Origin: Callorhinchus milii | Taxonomy: Eukaryota | Assembly (NCBI RefSeq): GCF_018977255.1 | Contig: NW_024704749.1 | Location: forward strand, 21,514,001 to 21,578,000 | DNA: 64,000 nt | Reading direction: 5' to 3' | Shown: in pieces, positions 1 to 12,200 of the stretch | How positions within the stretch are numbered: position 1 is the stretch's first letter | Layout of the letters: each line of letters opens with the position of its first letter | The notes under the pieces: model-generated | Database searches by the model: none | What the model saw: only the letters and a program-made list of their open reading frames with translations | Told to the model about the DNA's origin: nothing | Position numbers and translations under genes: made by a program

Positions 1-224
1 GGAGCTCCACTTTGCATCGTCCACCAAGTCTCTCTGCGTAAAGAATGGGGAACTGATTGAGATGACAGGCAGAGCCAGAGGAGTCTTGTGCAGAAAGAGC
101 AGGGCCTTAAACTGTCGGATGGTAGTCACAAGGGAGCCGATGACTTCACACTTGATGGGCTGGCTTTTCACTGCGCTGACGTTCCCACGTGTCTGGACAG
201 AGAGGTGTAGTGTAGATCCTCGCC
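1..224 (-). CDS. SETX: SETX coding exon 11 (truncated by window edge)
   Basis: gagcag|GRGSTLHLSVQTRGNVSAVKSQPIKCEVIGSLVTTIRQFKALLFL...; resembles human LSIQTQEN...CIVISSLVTTQRKLKAM. Confidence 0.9.
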
Positions 225-3200
225 CTGCTCCAACAGGGAAAACACACAGTCCAAGAAAGTCACAGAATACAAGGCAAAAACATTGTTTTTTTTGAGTTCT
301 ACTTGACTAACCACCAACGATTTATCTCGGGAAACAGGTTCTCCTCCCACCCCCACCCGATCACCCGCGGGGTACCACAAGGCTCCATCCTTGGCCCCCT
401 TCTTTTTATCATTTACACGCTCCCTCTCAGCGCTGTCAGCCGCAGACATCCACTTCCACACGACAGCCAAATCAACTTCTCCTCCTCCAACTGCGGCTCC
501 CAGTCCGCTGATATTCTGTCAGCTTGTCTGACGGACTTCAAGGCCTGGATGAGTGCAAATATCCTGCAGCCGAAGATCGGCAAGACGGAAGGCATACTCT
601 TTGGCTCCTGTCAACGTATTCTTTCCTGCGGGTCCAAACTCCTCAACCTCCCCGGGCTCTCCCTTAGACCCACTGAAACCGTGTGCAATTTAGGCATCAG
701 GTTCGATCCACAACTTTCCTTTCTCCCCCTCACCGGTTCCCTGACCAGAACCACTTTTTTCCACCTCCACATTGCCCGCACCTCACACTCACAGCAGCCA
801 AAACACTCGTCCACGCCTTTGACACTTCCAAGCTGGACTTTTCAAATGCCCTCCTCGCTGATCTCCTCAGTTCTACCGTATATAAAATACAATTAATTCA
901 GAACTCCGCTGCCCAGATATTAACCCGTCCTTGGAGGCTGCACTGGCTCCCAATTTCTGAACGGATCGACATCAAGATCCTCTCTCTTGTTTTCAAATCC
1001 CTTCATGCCCTTCCACCTCCCTACCTATCCGATTTGCTTACCACCCCACCACCCACTGCCTCTGCTCGGCCGGCTCCTCTGCTCACCATCGGTGGCCTTG
1101 CTTTCAATCACTATGCCCCAAAGCTCTGGAACTCTCTCCCCCAATCCCTCTGCCTTGACTCCTCTCTCCCCACTTTCAAATCCCATCTAAAGACCTTTTT
1201 TCATTGTGCCTACGGTCATCTCTCCCCTCCTTCTCCCCCTGGCTCGGGGTCAGACTCCGCCACTGTTAAGCCCTCCAGGACACCAGCCAGTGAGAAGGGC
1301 GCTATATAAATGTAAGTTATTGTTGGTTAGAATTGAGCTCCAATAAAAAGAATCAGTTTTCATTCTGCAATCCAGAGAACCATAACCATTAATAATAATC
1401 CTTTAATAATTTAATTTTAATAAATTATTTAAATTTTATTTTAATAATCATTGAAAGAATTGAGAACGTCTTCACGTGTTGTGGTCAGTATGGGGTGTGG
1501 TGGGGGTCCAAACATGGAGTGAATGACCAAACTATTTATTTATTTGGGTGGGGGGGGGGGGAAGAGAGATTGTAACCGGAAAGTGATGCGGCAATCAACT
1601 AACAACTGGGTTCCTACTTACTGCTTGGTAAACAGAGGCGTGTGGAGTAAGGAAACTTGCCTAAGGTTCCACCCTCCTCAAGAATTGAACCTAGGTCCTC
1701 TTGCTTGCCAGGCGAGTGGCTAACCACCTTGCTATGGGACTCGGCAATTATTATTATTAGATTGAAAGAATGATTCCCTGAATTATCGTTGTGGGAAATT
1801 GGATGTGTAGCTAGACGGAGCAATGGTCTATTACTGTAAGAATATATTCGGGATGCTTAACGTTTTTAAGTTTTTTGTTAATTAATCTCTGTATACCTTT
1901 TAGAATGTAACCAAACATTTATAGTCCTTTCAGTATAGCTGACTAGAGCGTGTGTTTTAATGTAGCCTAGGGGCCCTGAGAGGGTTGTGATAATCAGTCA
2001 TAGCAGCCTTCTCCTCCCTATTCCTGGGTGTGTGTGTTAATTAGAATTAGCGAACGTAAAGATATATTGGCTTGACCCGGCTGAGGTCAGTTTTGATTAA
2101 GTTCCATCTTTTCCTTGGAGTGATTAAGTTCCATCTTTTCCTTGGAGTGAAAATGTTCACTCCTCAGAGATCTGAGTAATCGCATTTGATGTGGAAACAA
2201 AGAGGCTCAGAAAGGAGACACATTCCTCAGATACCTGCTTATCTCAAGGCTGAGAAACACACAGGCTGCAAAAGCCTCCCTAAAGTTTGTGGAAAACTAT
2301 GGATCAGTTGCGAGGGGAAGCGGTGTTACAAACAGTTAAAAGAGAGATGTAACTTTGGAATAGTTTAAGGGTCAGAGCACTTCCCAGTGGAATCAATATC
2401 AATCTTACTGGATCTATGGTCTCAATTTTAAGAATAATTTAGGCTATTTGTATTACGTAATAAACTTTGGATTACTGCACCACCATATTAGTCGTCTCCA
2501 TCCGAATCTCTTACATTATCTCAAAAGGTTGCTGTAAAGTAATGCTCTCCCAATGATTGTGAGGATCACCTTCCCCGTGTTACCTCCTTAACTCACCATC
2601 TGAAGAATAAGATGCCCTTGAGATATGGCCGAGGTGAACCTCAGGAGTGCCATCGACCATCTCATCTTGCAAGTATGGAATGTGACTCTGGAGCAGCCAG
2701 AGAAACACAACATCATCTTCCTTGGGTTGCTGATGTTTATTGAAGTTGGTGTCATGTAATGAAACTGAACAAATGGGGAGAAGATAATCAACAACAACAA
2801 ACAACAAATTATATTTGATTAGTGCCTTTCAGTTGGGAGGATGCCCCAAGGCGCTGGACAGTCAGAGCTCCCCATTGCTGCTGTGGCTTTAACACAACAG
2901 TTGGGATAGCAACATGACATGGGACAGCATGCAAGTTTCTTTATCGTGCGATCATCTGAGGAAAGAGAAATATCCTGGAAGAACACAATCACTCAATATA
3001 CCCATCATCATTACAAACACCAATATTTTGGACACCACTAGGGCCGGGCAAAGTGAAAGACAACCATCGAGGGAGAGAATCGAATAATAATACTTGCATT
3101 TCGTACAGCGCCTTATCATAACGTTGAGACGTCTCAAAGCGCTTCACAGGATACACTGTAAATTACAATCAAAAACATTTCCAATGCATAACAGAAACTT

Positions 3201-6200
3201 TATAGTATATTCTGTGAAGCGCTTTGAGATGTCTCAATGACATTATAAGGTGCTATCTCAAATGCAAGGATTATTATTATTGTTATTACTGCAAAGTAAA
3301 ATGACTTGAGAGTGAAACACAACAGCCAATAGCACACAGCAGTGTCTCACCAGCAGCTCGTGAATGCAGGTGGGAAGCAGCCCTCCCACAGAGACCCACA
3401 CTGCGATAACAATTATAAACCTTGCATTTGATATAGCGCCTATCCTAAAAAAAACATTTTTTTAAAAAAAAGGAATTATTACCCCCAGAAAAGCGATCCG
3501 CCAATCGACTACCGGGTTCCTACTTACTGCTAAGTAAACAGAGGCGTGTGGAGTAAGGAAACTTGCCCAACATTTCGCCCTCCTGGGAATTGAACCCAGG
3601 AGGCAAGTACTCTGACCACTGAGCTACAGTGATATCCTCATACAAAAGGTTTCTCACCTTGAAACTCTGCGCGATATATTTGCTCCTGCACCCAGTGGTT
3701 CTTCAGGGTGAGGGAGTTCTGGATCAGTCTGTGTGACTGTCTGGATTCTGTCCACTCTTTAGCGAGCTGCATAAAAGAAACGCGACACATCAGAGGTCTC
3801 AAAATTCCACAGGGTCTGAGGACTCAAGGTCATTCCCCATCACCCCCACCCGGCTCCACTGGCTCCCCATCCCTCAAAGTTAAAGTTCAAAATCCTCATC
3901 CTCACCTTCAAGGTCCTCCGCGGCCTTGCTCCCTCCTACCTACGTGACCTGCTAACCCCATTTCAACCTGTCCGCTCCCTCTGCTCCGCAGGCTGTAGCC
4001 TGATTCACGTCTCCCGCCTGGCCCACCCCACCATCGGTGGTCGGGGCTTCAATCTCTCTGTCCCCTTCCTTTGACATTCCATCCCACATTCTCTTTGCCT
4101 CGCTCCCTCCCATTCGTCCTTCAAGGCATGTCTTAAGACAGTCCTCTTTGACCGCACCTTCGGCCACTCTCCAGCCTCCCTTATCCCAAACCCCCTCCTC
4201 TTCTCGGGTCCAAATCCCCGACTGTCCAGTGCGTTTTGCCATCTTCCCAACGTGAAAGGCACTCTACAAATGTAATGTTTCCAAATTTTGGAAAACTGTC
4301 AAATTTCAACAAACCAGTTTCCGAATTTAATTAAAGAGTTGTGAGTCTCAACATCTGTGGGACAAGCCTCACTCACCTGTTCAAACGTGTTGAGCATCAT
4401 TAAGGGGTAGTAGACACGGAAATACTCTTCGTATGAACTAAACTTCTGGGGCACCTCTCTGGGCGCAAACTCACACAGGCAATCAGGAGGTCCGAACTGG
4501 CTGAGCGAGTCAAACATCTGATAGGTCCACTTCAGGACATCCTTGATCAAGTACGAGGCGTCTCGGTTTTGCCGGTCGGCCAGGTCCACTTTGAGGCAGA
4601 GCGGATCCCGCAGTGGCTTGAACCTTACGTGGGGCTGAGCAGCGTAGCTGGGAGGAGTCCTAGTGGGCATTGCCGGGGGGCTGGCCGATGCCATGGCGTT
4701 TACCCCTTTCAGTGCTCGAAGGATGTTGGTCGTGGGGACGGGTTTGGGGAATGGAAAGGGTCTGGACACCAGAAGCTTCGACTCAGCTGGTTTTGGTAGC
4801 AGAGGCTTACCGACTTGTTTAATCTTACAATTCGGTAGCATCTCCATTTCGGAAGCAAGCTGAGCATTTCGGGAGGTGGAGCTGGAGGCAAACCGCTTGG
4901 AGGTTGTAGCTCTGGAACTCTTTGAGAGAGAGACAGGCAACGCTGGCGTGGCGAATACTACGTCAGATTTCGGTCCGGGTAGGGGTGGCTGTTTCTTCTT
5001 TAAGATCTCTGCGTTAACAGATGGATCTGCATGTTCTAGCTGCTGACAGCCAGCCTCCTCTTTTGAATTGCCATGGTCGCCTTCTTCTTTGGCATCTTCA
5101 CTATCCAGGTCCATATCTACAGGATCTCTCTGGGTCAAGTTGAATGCATCAACGTCTTCCTGATTTTCATTGTCCAAGTCCTTATCGACAGGATCGTGCT
5201 GGGTTAAGTTGAAGTCATGATGGTCGTTATCCTCATCTCCAATCATGTGCAATATAGGTTCCTTGGTGCAGGCCCCGTCTGGCTTCCTACACTGCGGAAC
5301 TCTACAGAAACTGTGATGGCCATAGTTGGATTACTGTGCTTTTCCCTAGACGTAAAATGGCCACTGTGATTCTCTGACATGCTAGAGAATGAGAAAGAAC
5401 TGCCACGTCCTGCTTCTTCTGTGGGCAACAGCTGGGAAGACCGAGGGTGTGAAACTGTGCCTTTCTTCGTCTCCTTCCTCTTTTTCAGTGTGCTCGAGTG
5501 TTTAGCCTGTCTCAAGTACTGGCGATCTTGAGAAGCTAACAGCCGTAGATTTTTACAGGTGGTCAATTTCTGAGGTGAAATCAGCTTGGTCTTCTTGCTT
5601 CGGGTATGCTCAATGGTGCCCTTCGCTTGACCGTAATTACGCAGTTCGTTCAAGCTATCAAGACTGCCCTGGGAGAGATCAAAGGCTTTGCGGGTCTTCT
5701 TCTTGAGCCCCAGTTTCTCAACCAATGATGTTGGTTCAGGCCGTTTACGGACCTTTTTCTGTTGTAAACTCAAAGGAGGTTTGTCTGACGGTTTGTCCGT
5801 CTGTAGGTCCTTGGAAGGGGATTTGAAGCCAGTTGTGAACGATCCTCCAGAGCTTTTTCCCTCCAGGCTAGAGTGACGTGCATTACTACTTGGGCAAACA
5901 TTTCCCGCACCCTTCCTCGAGTGAGCACTCGAGTTTGCCTTCTTCTCGCTTGGGCTGAACTTGCTTAAGTCTTTTCTTGGGCTGGCCTGTGTTGAGTACT
6001 TGTCTCTTGCCTTGACCTGTAATGAGCTTTTCTCTTTTGCTTTGGAAAGTGGTAAACTAAACGTATCAGACTTCCTACTTTCACCCGTCGCCTGCTTCAC
6101 AGGCAGTTTTTTTGCCAACTGACCCTTGGGTGCTCCTGTATTTGCAGACACAAGTTTCTGCTTATTTTCGCCTGGAAGTAGGAAACCTTTTCTGTTCGGG

Positions 6201-9200
6201 TCGCTAGTTAAGATGTTTTTTTCTCTATGTTTTCCTTTCAGAAGGTCAGATGCGGAGTAGAAAGCGGACACCGCATGTGAAGCCTCGCTCTTGTTGACGT
6301 GAGATTCATCCGAGTCTTCTTCATCGGTTGTACTCCCAGAAGAGGAACTGCTCATCCTCAGCACTGGTTGTGGTTGCTCCAGGTGAAGTTCTGCCCTGCT
6401 GGCCACCTTCTCAATCATTTCATCAGTTGCATAATCGGTATCGTAGCCCCACTCGTTCAGTATGTCCAGGTCTACGTCGCTGTACCCTGGCTGATGATAG
6501 GTGGTACTAGAAGGTTCCACCACCGTCACTTTGGCCACCGTGGCTTGCCCTTCCTGTGGCTGAGTGTCTTCCCAAACAGAATAGATTTCTTCTTCAGTTT
6601 CAAACTCGAAAAACTGCGAATCGTCTTCCTCAAATACAACGCTTTCCTTCGGATGACTTACATGTTTGCTGAATGTGGTGTCAGAGGTACCGTGGTTTGA
6701 GGCTTTATTTCCTTCAGAATGTGTGGTGCCCGGGATTGAATCTCCAATACCATCTGGATTCTTTGCATCACATGCCTCAAGTTTTACTGTGCTGCCCTTC
6801 AGGTTTGGCGAGTGTGAATCAGCAACAATTATTCTTCTGTTCTCGTTGGTAGTCAAGTCATGAACAAATGAACTAGACTTGGGGATTTCTCCCTTTTGCA
6901 CACAAAAGGAACCTTTAACTTTCCTATTAATCGTCTCTGGAAACTGCATAACACAAGACTCCTGGGTCAAACCGTCAGAGAAATTAGCGCACTTGGAGGA
7001 AGCTGCCAGCGAGAGCCGAGTAAGATCCCGATTGATCTCAGAATTAGTTAGTAAGCAGACATCAACATTGTGCCTTTTCTTCAGCTTAATCCTTAATGCA
7101 TCAAATGGGATGTCACTGTCATCATCATCATCATCATCCAACCTGCTAGGACTGCACTGACCTGGCTTTGGCGAGGCACAAGAAGTTTTTGGACTGTGAG
7201 GATCTGTTGTGCCTTTTGAAGACAATGTACCATCTGAATTTGGTGACTTGCGTCTATCGGCAGAAACTGAAGCCAGTGTTTGTTCCTGATGAGGCATCGA
7301 CGTATCTGGTGTACAGTCCCCACCTCGGATAGGTTCCTTGGGCTTCAGGTTGGAATCCCAATCACTCAGCTCGCCACCTGATTGCCCACGACCAACCCTT
7401 GAGTTTGCACAATCCGTGTCCGTGCTTTCTTTACGAGGGGAGCTTGCTTCTTCTTTATCCATCTTTGTCTTGCGATTGAAGATCTTCATCTTGTTATTCA
7501 GATGCAACAGTCGGGCTCGATCCAACTTAAACATGTTGCTTTTTTCAGGCTTAGCGCAAGGCACATTGGCTTTGTGAGGCGACTCCGGGATGACCTGTGC
7601 GGAATTACACAGCGTAGGAACCTTGGCACCAACATGGTCATCTTCAATTTTTGTAGAGACAAGACGCCACGTGCTCTCTCGCATTGGCTCAGCGCCGTCA
7701 GTTGAGGGAAGTGGTTTTATTTGGCCATTATCTTCAGGGTGAGAAATAGGACCAGAGCCCCGCGTGGATGAGTCCGTATGTTCCGCTGCTGGCTTGTATT
7801 TGCTGTGGGGATCCCCCAGAGACTCCTTTCTGACGGGATCAGAGGTTTCCTTAAACATTTCACGCAATTCGTCATCCGTAACTATATCAAAACTAACTTT
7901 AGCAGAGCTGGTCTCCTGAGGGAATGTACTGCTATCACACGAGTGGACGGGGGTCATGGCTGGTTCGACAGACGACTCTGACGCCCCCGGAACCTCACAA
8001 AGATTTTCTACGCTCCTAGAATTCACTGGCTTTTCTTGGACAACATTTGACTGAAAGGTGATACTTCGGGATACTGCACTATCTGGTGGTTCAGGACCAC
8101 TGTTACAGTACTCTGTTATCCTCTCACACACCGACCGTTCCACTTTCTCTTGCTTAATCAGAGAGCAAGGTAGGACGCCTCCTCTACCAACTCTGCTCGG
8201 TTGCTTCACTTCAGACACTTGATTTTTTGCCAGTTTGACTATTTCTATCAAGCAGGTCTTTAGTTCCTGCTGTTCTTTGTGGCTCAGTTGCCAGCCCAGG
8301 ATGAAAGTGTTCCTTAGCTGCAGGTTCAGTTTATCCAGGAATTGTTGTGACGTGCCTCTCTGCTGAGACTGGCAGCCCTCCCTCAGGAAACACCGAACCA
8401 GCTGGACGCAAGCTTGCTGGACGGAGTTGGTGACGGAGGAACAAACTCCCGAGGACTTGGCGGCCAGCGAGGTGGACGTAATCCTGCAGTTGCCCGGCGT
8501 CCCCGCTTTCTCTTTGTTCTGGTTGAACACCCAGGCGGGGAGGTTGGCGCACTTCACCAGCATGTCCACCCATTTCTGCGAACTGTACCACAGCATGTGC
8601 AAGTTCTTCTTGTTCCTGTGCAGCTCCACGATGCACACCATGATCAGAATGAAAAAGCCGGCCACTTTGTCACAGGAGTTGACCTTGCGGTCCAAGACGT
8701 CCTTGATCTCGGAGTGGATATGGTGCACCACCTCCCCAATGTACACCACGCCCAGGTTCTTCAAGTCCATAACAGAATTGACGAAGGGGATGAACCAGAG
8801 GAAGGTACTGTTGTGGACTCGCATGTCCTGCCCGATATCACACTGAAGCACGTGCACCAGAGTTTGCATTTCATCGTACATATTTGGATAATAATCCGGG
8901 CATATTGCATTCTTCCATCCAGTATCCTGAAAGAAAAAAAACACCACACAGAAATGTGGTAATATTTCTGTCAAGGTACGTCAGGTGTGCAAGTCAACAG
9001 AGAACAATACATGATCTTTTAAAAAGGAATTGGATAGATGCTTGAAGAAGAAAAATATTAATAATCCTTGCATTTGATATAGCACCTCATTAGGTCATTG
9101 AGATGTCTCAAAGCGCTTCACAGAATATACTCTAAAGTGGAGTGGCTGCGCATTTTGGGAGGGGTTGGCTCGGGTCAGGGGTAGCAGGCAAACGCCTACC

Positions 9201-12200
9201 TCGATCCCTCGCCGATTACTATCTCGATCACAACCTCAGTCCCTCGCCAGTCACTACCATACACCCTCGCCGGTCGCTGTTTGCTCACCCGAGGCCTCTG
9301 CTCTGGCTGCTTTGACTTCATCACTTGTGTCTTCGGCACAGGGCAAAGGTTAGTCGGCTCTCCCTAATCCCAGTCCGCTTCTCCAACGCCTCCGTTATCA
9401 TAGCTGCCCGCCCGGGGCTTTTTGTGCTATCTGCCAATTTATTTGAGGGATTGTTGGTCAGGACACTGTGAGAGAGAAGCTCTCTTCCCTTTTCGAATTG
9501 TGCCATGGGATTTCTTACATAGGTACCTTGTTTTGCCTTTTGGTATTGTAGTCATAAACAATCTGGCTGCACGAAACCAAGTTGTCATCATAATCACCAT
9601 CACCATCATCCAAATCGCTCTTTATTCTTTTGCTACTGTTGAAAAATACGTAGAATAAACAAATGTTAAACAGGACAGATAGATATTTGTTAGGTCAGGG
9701 TATTAAGGGATATGGGACAAAGGCGGGTAACCCTTATTCCTGGTTCTATGTTTTCTACATTAAAGATATATGTACAATGCCAACGTTTAGCGTTGTATAC
9801 ATCGATGACCTGGATTTGCAGACAAGGCGAGTGAAAAGCTAAAAGTTACATTATAAGTCTGAAAAAATATTGGCAGGTACAGGTAATTTTGTTTTCTCTC
9901 AGCCAAGGGAGGCATCTCACTGTTCTGCACTGGCATATTCTGTTCTGGGTGAACCTCTTGGTTCAAAGTCACTCACCTCACATTGTTACGAATGTTTTCG
10001 ATCTCCTTGTTGTAGCTATGGCTGCCGGTAATGGTCTGGAATGCCTCCATTGGGTCAATGAGTTGACCCCACACCTTTGATCCAAGTCGATCGAGGATTA
10101 CCATGAAGCACTGCAAGGCCGGCCAGAATGGATCAGAAGTGTCGTCTATAAGTCAAGTAATATGTAAGGTCAACAACTTGCATTTATATACAGCGCCCTT
10201 AATGCAGCGCAGTATTTCGGAGCAGAGCTTAACAGTGACGGAGCCGAGGGGAGGGAGGAGGTGACCATAAGCACGGTCTTCAGTCGTGATCTAAAAAAAG
10301 GGGGACGAGTGGGCAAGGCGGAGGGATTGGGGGAGAGAGTTCCAAAGCTTTGGGGTATAGTGGCTGAAAGCACGATGATCAGTTCAAAACGAGCAGATTA
10401 TTTAGAAAGAAACACCAACAATGAATGCTTGCGACTGAGCAAAAAAAAAATCAGCTTTCAATCACATGCACTACAGCAAAACACATTGCGTAAGTTGAAA
10501 GCAACAGTATGATGATGACCGCAGGAAATATTTTTGTCACAAACCCTCTGCTTTCTCTCAGCCAGAAGAGACACCTGTTTCTGTCAGAGGCATCTTCAGT
10601 CGATTTCTGTTTGATGTTATTTGCATACTTATTTGCATACGGGTAAAGAAAGTCAAATTTCATAGGCAATGACTGCTGCCCAGTACCTAGTTTTCTGGAC
10701 AATAGCAACATCCCACGCACGATGATCACTCAGAAGTTGGCTATTTTTCTATATTTTGTTTAACAACAGCCTCCGAGATACTGTCCCAGGTTACGACGTT
10801 ACAATGGGGTTCCCCCGTATTACACTGTGATAAGCGTGCACAGGGATATCTTTCTACCCCACATAGAAACTTACCCTCTTCGCTTTTCTTCATGGTGTTC
10901 AGGATGGAGTTCATAAAGTCGTTCTGCTTGTCTTGGGCAAGGAGCAGCGAGTCCATCGCTTGCTCATCCAGCACCATAAACAGCATGCAGATACCTACAC
11001 GGAACGCTTTCATTATTCCCAAAGACTAAATGCAAACTTGCTTTAATAATAATCCTTGCATTTGGTATAGCACCTTATCACTTCCGTTGAGTCGTCACAA
11101 AGCACTTCACAGAATATATTGTAAAGTGGAGCCACTGTGCATTTTCTGGGCAAAACGTCATGGATTGAGCCCCAATTTTTTTTGTTGAAGGGATTATTAC
11201 CCCCTAGAAAGCTCTGCTAATCGACTAACAACCGGGTTCCTACTTACAGCTATGTAAACAAAGAATAATATTTAATATTAATAGGAAATAGCCTCAACCA
11301 AATGATGGCAACAGCGACGGAACAGCGCCCTCCAGTTCTGCACTGAAGCGCCAGCCTGGGCTATGAACTCAAGGCTTGACAGAAGGCTTGGACAATCTAA
11401 ATGGCTACAGACACATGTGCAGATATTTTTCCAATCTGTAGACATGCTCAGGTTCCACTTGAGTGGTAAAGAATGAGTGCAGTGAGTGGAAGAGTAAATT
11501 CCCCCCACAACCTTCCCCACAAACAAGCTCCATTGCCCTCACACAATTTGTTTTGCGAAGGCTTAAAAGTTGACAAAAATGTAATGTTCTTGGCATAAAA
11601 CTCACCAAGCCAGTAGTTCTTGTGGTTGGTTATGTCATATAGATGGGGTGGCAGGAGAATCAAGGTAGTTTCTGTGTCAACAGAGTTGTAGATATCAGAA
11701 TTCTCAAAGAGATCCAGCTCAATGACCCTGAGTAGGCAGGTGATCACTTCCTGTAGGTCATAGAAATCATCTCGCTCCACCTTCCCCAGAGACCTGGCAG
11801 TCAGGATCGCCCATTTCCTAACCTAGACACAGATAGACACTGATAAGGATGCACAAGCTGTGAGAAACAAATGATTTAAGATGAGAGCTCTTCAAACTTA
11901 CGAGACAGCTCAGAGAAGACCTTTATTTGTGGTTTATAAGATGCTAGTTACTTTCACCTACGCCAAGGCAACAGATTGAGGATTTTGAAGGGTAATTTCA
12001 GGACTGTTATGGACACCCTATTATTTGAGTTCATTTACCTGCTTTCTTTTATGCTGTTGTGCCTTTTGCATGTGTTGGTTGAAAAGCTGCAGTAAAGCCT
12101 GTGAGCTGTGGCAATCTTGATGTCTGTGCTGTATGAAAGCTCACGCATGTGCATTAATGTTATGTAAGTGGTATTGCTTTAAGAACATTTTAAGATCTGT

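Noticed and set aside
303-1309. Functional reverse transcriptase or retron-like system
   Set aside because: Frameshifted, 5'-truncated L2 with the catalytic YADD region degraded.
5243-5333. Programmed -1 ribosomal frameshift in SETX
   Set aside because: No slippery heptamer in the overlap; similar single-base indels elsewhere in the window point to consensus error.
8414-8962. 182-aa and 139-aa plus-strand ORFs
   Set aside because: Antisense shadows of the GC-rich conserved part of the SETX giant exon.
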